Origin: Catajapyx aquilonaris
Taxonomy: Eukaryota
Direction of reading: 5' to 3'
Assembly: GCA_000934665.2 (NCBI GenBank)
Contig: KZ537974.1
Span: forward strand, 170,264-190,263
Length of the DNA stretch: 20,000 bases
Under the pieces are notes generated by a model that saw nothing but the letters and a program-made list of their open reading frames with translations, searched no databases and was not told the origin of the DNA. A program made the translations under genes and the position numbers. The first letter of the stretch is position 1. Every line of letters begins with the position of its first letter. Positions 1 to 9,866 of the stretch are shown piece by piece.

Positions 1-196
1 CTTTTCTAGCATCAGACTATGAGAAGAGGTAACGAACGCGTCTAATCCGTCTTAGGAACTGGATTATACCCTATCAAGTAAATTTCAGGTCGCGAAGGTA
101 GCCATTTTGTACTCATATGTTTCTAGAGACACTCCGGATGATCCGATACCTTTCCCCAGAAGGGAAGAAGTGTTTGGGGGAGGGGGGGGGGGGGGG

Positions 197-240
197 NNNN
201 NNNNNNNNNNNNNNNNNNNNNNNNNNNNNNNNNNNNNNNN
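197..240. other. Assembly gap following a poly-G run
   Basis: N run preceded by G15. Confidence 0.99.
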
Positions 241-1343
241 CATTTTGGTGGAGGCCCCGAGGCAGCGCCCAGATGCGCCGATTGATTTCCTTTATATAAA
301 CGCCAACACAGGCCTTGCCCCCAAAACTCGACACAAGCTTCTCCTTCCGGACCGACCTTAACTCTCGCAAAATTCCACCTGCCAGTACATTTCGCGGAAA
401 TTACAACCCAGCAGCAGACCCACGGTTTTTATGTATTACATGCAGATTGAATAGGAGCGACTCAACATCCGCACTAAATCTGCTGTCAAAAATGGCCCCT
501 GCGAATATAAACGCTTTTTTTTTGGACTTTTTTTTTTGTAAAAAAAGGGGGGTGGTTCGTGCCCTCCAGACCAATCGATAGCTCAGTAATAAATTTTGGT
601 ACTTAAACAGCTTAATGCCAATATTTATGCGGCGTTTTATATCCATCCCGCTACTAACCGGGTCATTCAGGCTCCGGTACTTATCGAGTGGCAGCAAAGT
701 TTGGACCAAATGTATAAATATTTATTGTGTACCTTTTTGCCACGGGCTCCAAGTACTGGAAAACGTAGTAAATGTGATTTTTTTTCTGGTGGACAATTTT
801 TCCTGCAAGTAAAATCGATATTGTGATGATATATCGCGATATTCAGAATATTTTCGATATATTGAATATTGCGGAATTTTCCTCCTTTTTCTGTCGTTCC
901 AGCAGGCTAAATAGGAAAATCCGTGAGCCCGTGTGCCTCCTTCCACTCGCATTACATTTACATTAGTACAGAGGCACTTGGCATGGATTGTCCGCTGCGA
1001 GCCAAATGTGATTTGTGTATCGGAGCCAAGTGAGGCTCTATTCCACTCCTCACGTCCCCAATTCCTCTAACGACCCTTCCCCATTCTATCGGGGCCTACC
1101 AGAGACACCGCCCAATCCCATTCTATAGTCCGCACCCGAAATGGACCGGACTTGCCAAAAAAAAAAAAAGAGGGACTGGAAGCACTGCACACAAGTGCGA
1201 ACCGACCTGTAATTAATCATCACGCTGCAATTGGGCCCATTGCAAATGGGCGTGAGTTTTATGTCAATAGCCCGACGGGTCAATTTGGATTATTGACACT
1301 GTGGCGTGGCCAGAAATGTTTCAACTCCATGTTCCTCTGTCAG

Positions 1344-1508
1344 TATGAGCTTCGCCTGGTGGCATCGGACAACCTGAATGAGAACTTCACCACAGTTGTG
1401 ATCCACGTGAAAGACGTGAATGACAATCCGCCAGTCTTCGACCGGCCTACATACGAGACACAGATCACCGAAGAGGATGACCGCAACCTGCCCAAGAGGG
1501 TCCTCCAG
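1344..1508 (+). CDS. CadN: N-cadherin (DN-cadherin type) coding exon, first member of a duplicated exon pair (Drosophila exon-13-like); second half of one cadherin repeat and first half of the next
   Basis: Acceptor ttcctctgtcAG at 1342-1343, donor CAG|GTcact at 1509. 165 nt, phase 0-0. Encodes YELRLVASDNLNENFTTVVIHVKDVNDNPPVFDRPTYETQITEEDDRNLPKRVLQ with the cadherin Ca-binding motif DxNDNxP; closely matches DN-cadherin as I recall it. Confidence 0.93.
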
Positions 1509-1722
1509 GTCACTCGGATTTGATGGGTCAAATCGCTGACCTGTTGGAGGAATAAGCCAGCTGATGGCATCTTCCTTCAACTGGACATGACCCTACTCTC
1601 TATGTGTTGTGTTGTGCTTTTATGTTGTGCATGCTTTTTTTTTATACTTATGTTTCAGGTATTTGCACGGCTAATCCCGCTTGATTTATTCTCGTTTTTT
1701 TGCCATTTTTGTTTTTTTATAG

Positions 1723-1887
1723 TATAACCTGACCCTAGTCGCTTCCGACAGCCTGAACGAAAACGAGACCACTATTATCATTTACGTGAACGACGTGAAT
1801 GACATGCCGCCTGTTTTTAACCAATCCTTGTACACGACCGAGATTGAGGAAGAGATTTCTGGTCCGTTTCGTCACAAGCTTTTGCAG
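1723..1887 (+). CDS. CadN: N-cadherin alternative (mutually exclusive) exon, paralogue of 1344-1508
   Basis: Not represented in frame in the ORF track. Long U-rich tract, AG at 1721-1722, donor CAG|GTatta at 1888. Also 165 nt, phase 0-0, no stops: YNLTLVASDSLNENETTIIIYVNDVNDMPPVFNQSLYTTEIEEEISGPFRHKLLQ, 30/55 identical to the preceding exon without gaps. Confidence 0.9.
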
Positions 1888-2327
1888 GTATTATTGTTGT
1901 CACTGTACTTGGAGGAAAATTACTGCTATAGTAATTAAGGCAGATTCCATGTTAAAGTTATATAAGAGCAAAAGAATTATTTTTCCTCCATGTCTTCCTG
2001 GCCTATAGCTATGCTTTTATTTTGAAAACGTTAGTTGACTGTTTTCCTTCCTTTTGCATGACACACGGCTCTGGAGACGGACTTTTCCTAAATCCTGACA
2101 ATGTCAACACAAAGTAAGCCAGCAGTATCCTAGTAAATGCGCTCCAGAGCCTATTTAACATTGATGACAAGTCGCATTTTCTTCGCAATCAGAGTGAAAG
2201 TCCTCTCAGATAAATGCGGCCATTTTTTCTTCCTCCTACTCCTCCTCCTCTTTTTTTTATCTCTTCTCTCTCCAGAGATGGAAGCAATCTCTGTAAAAGC
2301 AGGCAGTTGACTGTCTTTTCTATGCAG

Positions 2328-2465
2328 GTGACTGCCACCGATGGAGATAAGGACCGTCCTCAGAATATCGTCTACTTTCTGACGGGTCAAGGAATTGACC
2401 CCGAGAATCCGACCAATAGCAAGTTCGACATCAACAGAACCACCGGCGAAATCTACGTCCTCAAG
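2328..2465 (+). CDS. CadN: N-cadherin constitutive exon (cadherin repeat)
   Basis: ttttctatgcAG|GTG...CTCAAG|GTatgt. 138 nt: VTATDGDKDRPQNIVYFLTGQGIDPENPTNSKFDINRTTGEIYVLK, containing the AxDxD motif. Confidence 0.95.
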
Positions 2466-3494
2466 GTATGTCCGAAACTTTTTTTTTCTATACACTTGAA
2501 AAAAAAGACAGGATTTTTTTTAAATGGCTGACCTAGTACCTGGAGGTATTAGCTTACTATCCGGAATGTTCGAATTTGTCATGTGTGCTCATAGCGTGGA
2601 ACCACGTTCCATTTGGGAAAGTAAATTTGATGTTGACCAGCAGAGGTGAAGTTTGCCAATCCCATCCGTTTTATGCATGCAAACCCTCTTGTTTGTCCAC
2701 CATAATGCAACTATTGTGTGTGAATACGGATTGCGATTTTTCTGTGGGACCCTATAAAAAAAGAGGTCGTGAACCGCAACGTAATTGGCACATAAGTCAT
2801 TATTCCAGCCGCACCGTTAACTGTTGCATCAGTTTCCCCATCCAAATAAAATGCATCGGACACTAATTCTCCCTGTTAAAGGTCGTAAACTTTTGCCAAG
2901 AGGAAGTCCGGGAAACCCAGGATCAAAAAAAGAGTTGGACAAATGTCAACGAAACTCGGGAGATTTGCAGCGGAAATAAATTGCCCGTGTAATTCACTGC
3001 TATTTGGACGAAACGGAAAAAAAAAGAAGGAGGGTCGTGCACGGTCCTTTCCCGGAGTTGCATGCCAACTTGACGGAGATGTAGTGTATCAGACGAAATT
3101 TTTGCAGGGAACGAATAAAAAACGGACATTTTTTTTTTCGCGCGTGTCTCAGTGGCTGGGTGTCCCCCATGGGTGTAGTGTTGAATGTGGTGGCCCGAGG
3201 CAAGTTGACACTAGGCTATTCATCACCGTGGGGGTGTAGGCGAGGGAATAGACTCCCATCAGTCGAATGGCTATGAGGAAGCCTATCGACAGGCCCTGGG
3301 GGATTTTTCATCCCGGTTCACTCAACATAGTAATAACTATCGGATGGCCCCTGTTGTCACTTGTCATTCACAACTGGAAGGGCCTGTCTGCAAAGGGTGT
3401 TGCCACTCACCATCCACGGGGATTAACCTGGGGCGGAACCCACCTCTTTTGCCTGATTCATCCCAAGTATTGAGGTCAAAATTTGAAATTCCAG

Positions 3495-3681
3495 CCTTTG
3501 GATCGAGACCAACCCAACGGCCGACCCCAATGGCGGTTCACCGTGTTCGCTCAAGACGAGGGCGGCGAAGGACTGGTTGGCTACGCAGACGTCCAGGTCA
3601 ACCTGAAGGACATCAACGACAATGCGCCAGTCTTTCCTCAGGGAGTCTACCTCGGGAATGTCACCGAAAACGGCACATCAG
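3495..3681 (+). CDS. CadN: N-cadherin constitutive exon (cadherin repeat)
   Basis: ttccAG|CCT...TCAG|GTcagt. 187 nt, phase 0-1: PLDRDQPNGRPQWRFTVFAQDEGGEGLVGYADVQVNLKDINDNAPVFPQGVYLGNVTENGTS, containing LDRD and DINDN motifs. Confidence 0.95.
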
Positions 3682-4889
3682 GTCAGTGTTACATCAAAAT
3701 TTGTGATGAAAATATTCACCAAGCTGTATAATTTTATGCGCCTTACTGAATAACCTAAATTTAACCCGTATTTAGCAAAAGTAACTTAACCATCTCAGCT
3801 CTAAATTAACATTAATGAACAATTGTGCGTGTAAATTATGCTGAAGATCTGGATGACTTTTCATTGGATGAGTGAACAGTGGTTTCACAGACGGGCCACC
3901 CTGAATCTGCATAATTCATGCAGAGAGCCAAGGTGTCCTTGTCGCTTGAAACCCCCTCTTGGCCCTATAGGGCCGCACCTCTTTAATAACCCTGCGCCAA
4001 CAAAGGTTTTTTTTTTTTTTTGCCCCCCACCCCTCCCCCCTCGAACTGGAAGGACAACTACGAAACTGCTGCATAATGTATACCTCATAATCAGGAAGCC
4101 CTATTTCTGTTCGTAGCCGAATTCAACCGTGCAGCTGATGGGCGAATATCATCCGGCTCACTTGCTTCACTCGCCTGCAACTGAAGATGTGCCGTTATTA
4201 AAATGCCACATCGTTTCATATTTCACGCTAAAAATCCTCGTAAAAAGGGCCGTACATGATTGTAATGAGTTTTGGAGCGGGTACAAAAACGGTGAAGCTC
4301 AGCTCTAAATGCGACTCACTGTTTGATTACGCTCGACTTTATTTTTTTAAAAAAAATTGTGTAATTTTTGTGCGTGCCGGGTTTTTACTGAAAACGGTGG
4401 GGTGATGAAGTGGCAAAGCGTGAGAGCGCATTTGGGGACCGAACTTTAGGGAAATCAGATCCGATTCGGCGGAGTGTCATCCCAGCAGCCTTTTCCCCGC
4501 ACCATTTCGGGATGATTCAACCCCTAGTCTATTTTTCAGACCAGTTTTTTTTTTTATCCGGTGCAAAAATACGGGTTAGGCGCGTCGGATGGTAATAACT
4601 CCGAGTCGTCAATTAGAGAGGCTGGTACGCAGATGCGGCTGCAATTTGCGAGTCGGCGCGTGTCCTGCGGCTCCAAAGATTGCGGATATAATTTGTGGGA
4701 TGGCGGACAGGGCGAATTAATCAAGGATCTCGGTTTTTTTTATGTATATATTTCAAGCTCGTCCAATTGATCTGCGCTTCGCTTACAGATCCTCGTTAAA
4801 TTCAAGCGGCGCCAACATGTGGTCTGCTCACAAATCGGACCTATACTAGAACCGGATAGAGTGTGTATAAATATAATTTTTGTTTACAG

Positions 4890-6568
4890 GTATGGTGGTG
4901 ATGACGATGACGGCTGTGGACTATGATGACCCCAACGAGGGAACCAATGCTCGTCTGACTTATTCGATTGAGAAGAATGTGATTGATGAGGAGCAGGGCA
5001 GGCCGATCTTTGAGATCGAGCCGGAGACGGGTGTGATCAAGACCGCGGTGTGTTGCTTGGACCGGGAGAAGACACCGGATTATTCGATACAAGTGGTGGC
5101 AATGGACGGAGGGGGGTTGAAAGGGACAGGGACAGCCTCTATACGAGTGAAAGATATCAATGATATGCCGCCGCAGTTCACGAAGGACGAGTGGTACACC
5201 GAGGTTGATGAGACTGACGGGACCAATCTGCCGGACATGCCCATCCTGACGGTGACGGTGCACGATGAGGATGAGACCAACAAGTTCCACTACAAGGTGA
5301 TCGAGAACAGCGGGTACGGAGCGGACAAGTTCACTATGGTCAGGAACAACGATGGTACAGGCTCGCTCAAGATCGTGCAGCCCCTGGACTTTGAGGATCC
5401 GCTGCAGAGCCAAGGCTTCCGGTTCCGAATCCAGGTCAACGACAAGGGAGAGGACAATGACAACGACAAGTACCACGTGGCGTACGCTTGGGTAAGGGTG
5501 ACCCTGAGGGACATCAACGACAACAAGCCACAGTTTGAACGGCCCAACATCGAAGTGTCCGTGTACGAGAACGCAGAGGTTGGGAAGAGCCTGGAGACAT
5601 TCAAGGCGACTGATCCGGACCAGGGCGGGAAGAGCAAGGTGTCGTACGCGATAGACCGCACGTCGGACAGGAAGCGACAGTTCTCGATCAATCAGGACGG
5701 TACTGTCAGCATCCAGAGGAGCCTGGACAGAGAGGAGACCCCGCGTCACCAGGTGAAGATCCTGGCCATCGACGACGGCGTCCCACCCAAGACGGCCACT
5801 GCCACGCTCACAGTCATAGTGCAAGACATAAACGACAATGCGCCCACGTTCCTGAAAGACTACCGTCCGGTCCTGCCCGAACACGTGCCGCCTAGGAAAG
5901 TGGTGGAAGTGCTGGCCACCGACGACGACGACCGGTCCAAAGGCAACGGACCTCCGTTCACCTTCAGGATGGACCCCAATGCGGACGACATCATACGCGC
6001 GTCCTTCAAAGTGGAGCACGATCCGAAGGGCGCCAACGGAGACGGAATGGCCATCGTGTCGTCGTTGCGGTCGTTTGATCGCGAGCAGCAGAAGGAGTAC
6101 CTGGTTCCCATTGTGATAAAAGACTCCGGAAATCCAGCCATGTCCGGCACCAGCACGTTGACGGTCATCATCGGAGACGTGAACGACAACAAGATGCAGC
6201 CAGGATCCAAGGAGATATTTGTGTACAACTACATGGGACAGGCTCCTGACACCGAGATCGGTCGCGTGTACGTGTACGACTTGGACGACTGGGATCTTCC
6301 AGACAAGAAGTTCTACTGGGATGGACCAGACCACCCGTACTTCCGGTTAGATGAGGACACTGGAATGATCACGATGAAGCGGGGCACTAGAGAAGGGCGG
6401 TACCACTTGCGGTTCAAAGTGTACGACCGGAAGCACACCCAGACGGACGTGCCGGCCAATGTCACGGTCTTGGTGAAGGAAATACCTTACGATGCTGTGA
6501 TGAACTCCGGGTCAGTCAGGATAGCTGGGCTTACAGACGAGGACTTTATCCGGATATGGGACTACAGG
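4890..6568 (+). CDS. CadN: N-cadherin large exon encoding about five membrane-proximal cadherin repeats
   Basis: tttacAG|GT ATG...TACAGG|GTgagt. 1679 nt, phase 1-0, inside ORF 4880..6643. Repeated LDRE/LDFE/FDRE, AxDxD and DxNDN motifs. Confidence 0.97.
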
Positions 6569-6898
6569 GTGAGTCACTGCTGGATGGCTGGCACAATGCA
6601 TTGCTTTTGGTTCATGTCACTGGATCAAATCATATCGCAATAATCAATAATGGCATGAATATAAATATGCAAAAATTAATTGTTCCTTTTGCAACACTCA
6701 TCCCAGTGAGTAGTTAATATGTAACAGCTCGTGGACTTTGAGAAACTCTTTGTCACTCTGTACTGTAGTTGAAAATTGAAATGATGGTGCAGTCATTCCA
6801 TTATGAAAGAAATTGTTTGTGCCCAACATGTTTCCATTGTAAGAAGCAGAAATGCACTGGAAATTTTCCAGGACCAAAGTCGCATACTATATCTAGGG

Positions 6899-7384
6899 CA
6901 GGGGTATTCAACTAGTTTCAGACAAGGTCCAGTATTTACCTATCCTGGGCCATTGAAGGTTCGGATATTTTTTATGGTACGATTGGTACCAAAGTGATTG
7001 GTACCACAGGGTTCATATTCGAAAATATAAACATGTGCATCAAGGGTAGAAGGGCCTATTAAGACATTTTCGCCCTTTATGATGTCCTGTATACAGGGGC
7101 GTAGGCAGAAGAATTTCGGAGGGGGCCCATTTCGTAAGCACAAGGTGAACAAGCCGTAAAGGGCGGAAATTTTTTTGGTGGTTCAAGGTCACACGCGCTT
7201 AGGTGAGATGTGGGAGATTTGAATAGGTGTGTATTTGCTGAAATTGGTAGCACTTTTTCCAAAAAAAAATCATGAATTGGTAATTTATCATGCTATTTCA
7301 AACTGTCCTGTATATTGTCGCGGTCCGGACAAAATTGCGTCGCGGTCCGGATCCGGACCGCGGGCCGCCAGTTGAATATTCCTG
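6899..7384. mobile_element. Non-autonomous hAT-type DNA transposon (MITE), 486 bp
   Basis: TIRs CAGGGGTATTCAACT (6899-6913) and AGTTGAATATTCCTG (7370-7384), 13/15 match. Perfect 8-bp TSD ATCTAGGG at 6891-6898 and 7385-7392; an 8-bp TSD with a TCTAG core is typical of hAT-Charlie/Buster. GC-rich subterminal palindrome at 7341-7362. Confidence 0.9.
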
Positions 7385-8105
7385 ATCTAGGGTCTATTAT
7401 AGAATAGTTCCACACTTAAAACAATTGTCACATGTCTGTTTTGATGAAATTACTTTGCACAGACCTATAGGTAATTTTTTTTTAAATCCAGTAAGTAGTA
7501 GTGGTACTGTATGCAAGTTCTGCAAAAGGAGATTATGTTACCCTCATACAAAGTTATGCTGTTAGTTAGACAACCTTTACAACTCTTTTCTTCAAGGGTT
7601 GGTTACTTGGCAGGAGGAAAAGAATTTGGAGCAGCTTGGCACAGCCACTGGCTACATCTGGTTAAGCTTGATTGAGCCAGTGGTCAATTACTTTTAGAAT
7701 CAAGTTGGTTTCCAACCTACTGGGGATTAAACTGTGTTTGCCCTTAGGAAGTGAGTTGTTTGCAATTTAGAAGTTGGAAGTTTTAAAGTCCTTGGTCAGG
7801 TAATGAATTTTAAGGATTGTTGACTGTACTTGCCAGGTTGCAAGCAAGGTTACATTTAACAAACTGTAAGTCATGAATTAATCTGGTTGAAACTGCAACG
7901 TAATGTAACTGTGTGCATTATAATGTATAAAGGCCATTTCACAAAAAAATGTCGCGCAGCAAACAGCGCGCGTTGCGGCAAATTTTTTATTAAATAAATA
8001 AAAAAAATTTAAGTCTATATTAAAATTGCTCGGCCATGTGGTTAGTTGGCAGTGTATAGTTATCATTTATTAATGTGCATTAATATAAATGAGTAGGCTA
8101 TAATT

Positions 8106-8431
8106 TTTATTTTTTATTTTTTTATTTTTTTTACTTTACCCCGTGATAAGGCTGAGCCTTTTTAGGGGGGTGGAATACCACCATTTGTGCAAGGAGTCAA
8201 GGATGTAGGGTAGGGATAGGGATTTTTGGGGAGGGAACATTAGTGCAAGTGCAATGTCGGTAAAGGGGTCATGTGCTATTCCCCAGGAGGTTAGGTTGCC
8301 AGACACCTCCTTGGTGCAGGTCAGAGACCCTCCTGACCCAGGTGAAAGGAAAGTTCCCCAGGCGGGGATCGAACCTGGGGCCTTTCACTCAGCAAGCCGA
8401 GACGTTACCATCTCAGCCACCACACCTCCCC
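8106..8431 (-). mobile_element. tRNA-derived SINE, full length (~326 bp)
   Basis: Minus strand starts GGGGAGGTGTGG, with Pol III A box TGGCTGAGATGG (8408-8419) and B box GGTTCGATCCC (8365-8375), and ends in an A-rich tail (T-rich on + at 8106-8132). Perfect 14-bp TSD AGTAGGCTATAATT at 8092-8105 and 8432-8445. Confidence 0.9.
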
Positions 8432-8637
8432 AGTAGGCTATAATTATTTTTAGTGAATGACGCCCTGAATTACTTACATTCTTTAATATTAATTTGCAAT
8501 AATGTGACTCGCAGTAAAGTTGAATGCCATGTATAGGTTGAATTCATGATTTTAAAATGGGGAAGTGGTTCATGTCAGTGTATATCCTAAAATGGTGCTG
8601 AAATGCAATGCTGAAACATGTTTGCTTACTTCTCCAG

Positions 8638-9729
8638 AGCCAATCTGTGATGAAGAGCAAGGCAGAGCGTTTTCGAGAGAAGATTGCTGAGTTGATGAAC
8701 ACCATGGAAGACAATGTGGATGTGTTCAGTGTCCAGCTTCACCAGCAGCGTCCTCCAGTAACAGACGTCCGGTTCTCTGCACATGGGTCACCTTACTACA
8801 AACCAGTGCGCTTAAATGGTCTTATATTGATGCACAGAGAGGAGATTGAGCGAGACGTGGGTGTCAATATTACCATGGTAGGGATAGATGAGTGCTTGTA
8901 TGAGAACCAGGCTTGTGAGGGCAGCTGCACCAACACTCTTGATGTGTCTCCACTGCCATACACTGTCAATGCAAACAAGACTGCATTAGTAGGAGTGAGA
9001 GTCGAGGTGATTCCAGAATGCACGTGTGGTGCCAGGAACTTCACCAAAGGCGAATCGTGCAGAAATAATCCTTGCTACAATGGTGGCCGGTGTGTTGAAG
9101 GACGCTACGGGTTAAGTTGCCTCTGTTTGGTTGGGTACGATGGACCAAGGTGTCAGCAGACGACACGCAGCTTCAGAGGAAACGGGTGGGCATGGTATCC
9201 ACCACTAGCCATGTGTGACGACTCACACATCAGCCTCGAGTTTATCACTCGCAAGGAAGATGGGGTGTTGCTGTACAATGGCCCCATTGTCCCACCTGAG
9301 CATGAAGAGGTGATGGTGTCAGACTTTATATCCCTGGAACTGGAGAAGGGAGATCCAAGGCTGTTGGTTGACTTTGGGTCTGGAACTCTGGAGCTGAGGA
9401 TCAAGACCAAGAAGGGTTTGGCAGACGGCGAGTGGCACAGGATTGATGTGTTCTGGAACACTGAGAATGTGGAGATGACTGTGGACTTCTGCAAGACGGC
9501 AGACGTATCTGAGCTGGAAGACGGGTCACCTCCAGAATTTGATGGAGCTAGCTGCCAGGCCAAGGGGGTCATCACCCCATTTAATGAGTACCTGAATGTG
9601 AACACACCTCTGCAGATTGGCGGCATGTATGTTGAGCAGTTTGACCCCATTCAGTTCAGGTGGAGCTACATGCCTAACCTGGGCAAGTTCTTCGATGGGT
9701 GCATAAGGAACATCATCCACAATAGCATG
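8638..9729 (+). CDS. CadN: N-cadherin exon: non-chordate cadherin domain, EGF-like repeat, first laminin-G domain
   Basis: cttctccAG|AGC...AGCATG|GTgagt. 1092 nt, phase 0-0, inside ORF 8608..9807. EGF motif CxNGGxC...CxCxxGYxGxxC; LamG motifs DGEWH, LQIGG and FDGCIRN. Confidence 0.97.
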
Positions 9730-9866
9730 GTGAGTGTACCTGTGATTTGCATGCATTGTCTCTTTTTTTTTTTAAAGCTGGTTACACACCTTGCTAATAG
9801 GCTATGACAAAATAATGTATCCAGTTCAACTGGTAAAACTAACTGATATCTTTTTTAAATGCACAG

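Noticed and set aside
741..933. 9-bp complement CACGGGCTC/GAGCCCGTG and the GATAT-rich hairpin at 834-872
   Set aside because: Far from splice sites and compatible with chance or a decayed repeat; no supporting context.
4841..6334. 497-aa minus-strand ORF (and smaller antisense ORFs over 8796-10720)
   Set aside because: It is the antisense shadow of GC3-rich cadherin exons, with V/H/L-rich composition and no recognisable domain.
8355..8431. tRNA gene on the minus strand
   Set aside because: No proper cloverleaf stems; the tail and TSD show it is a SINE head.
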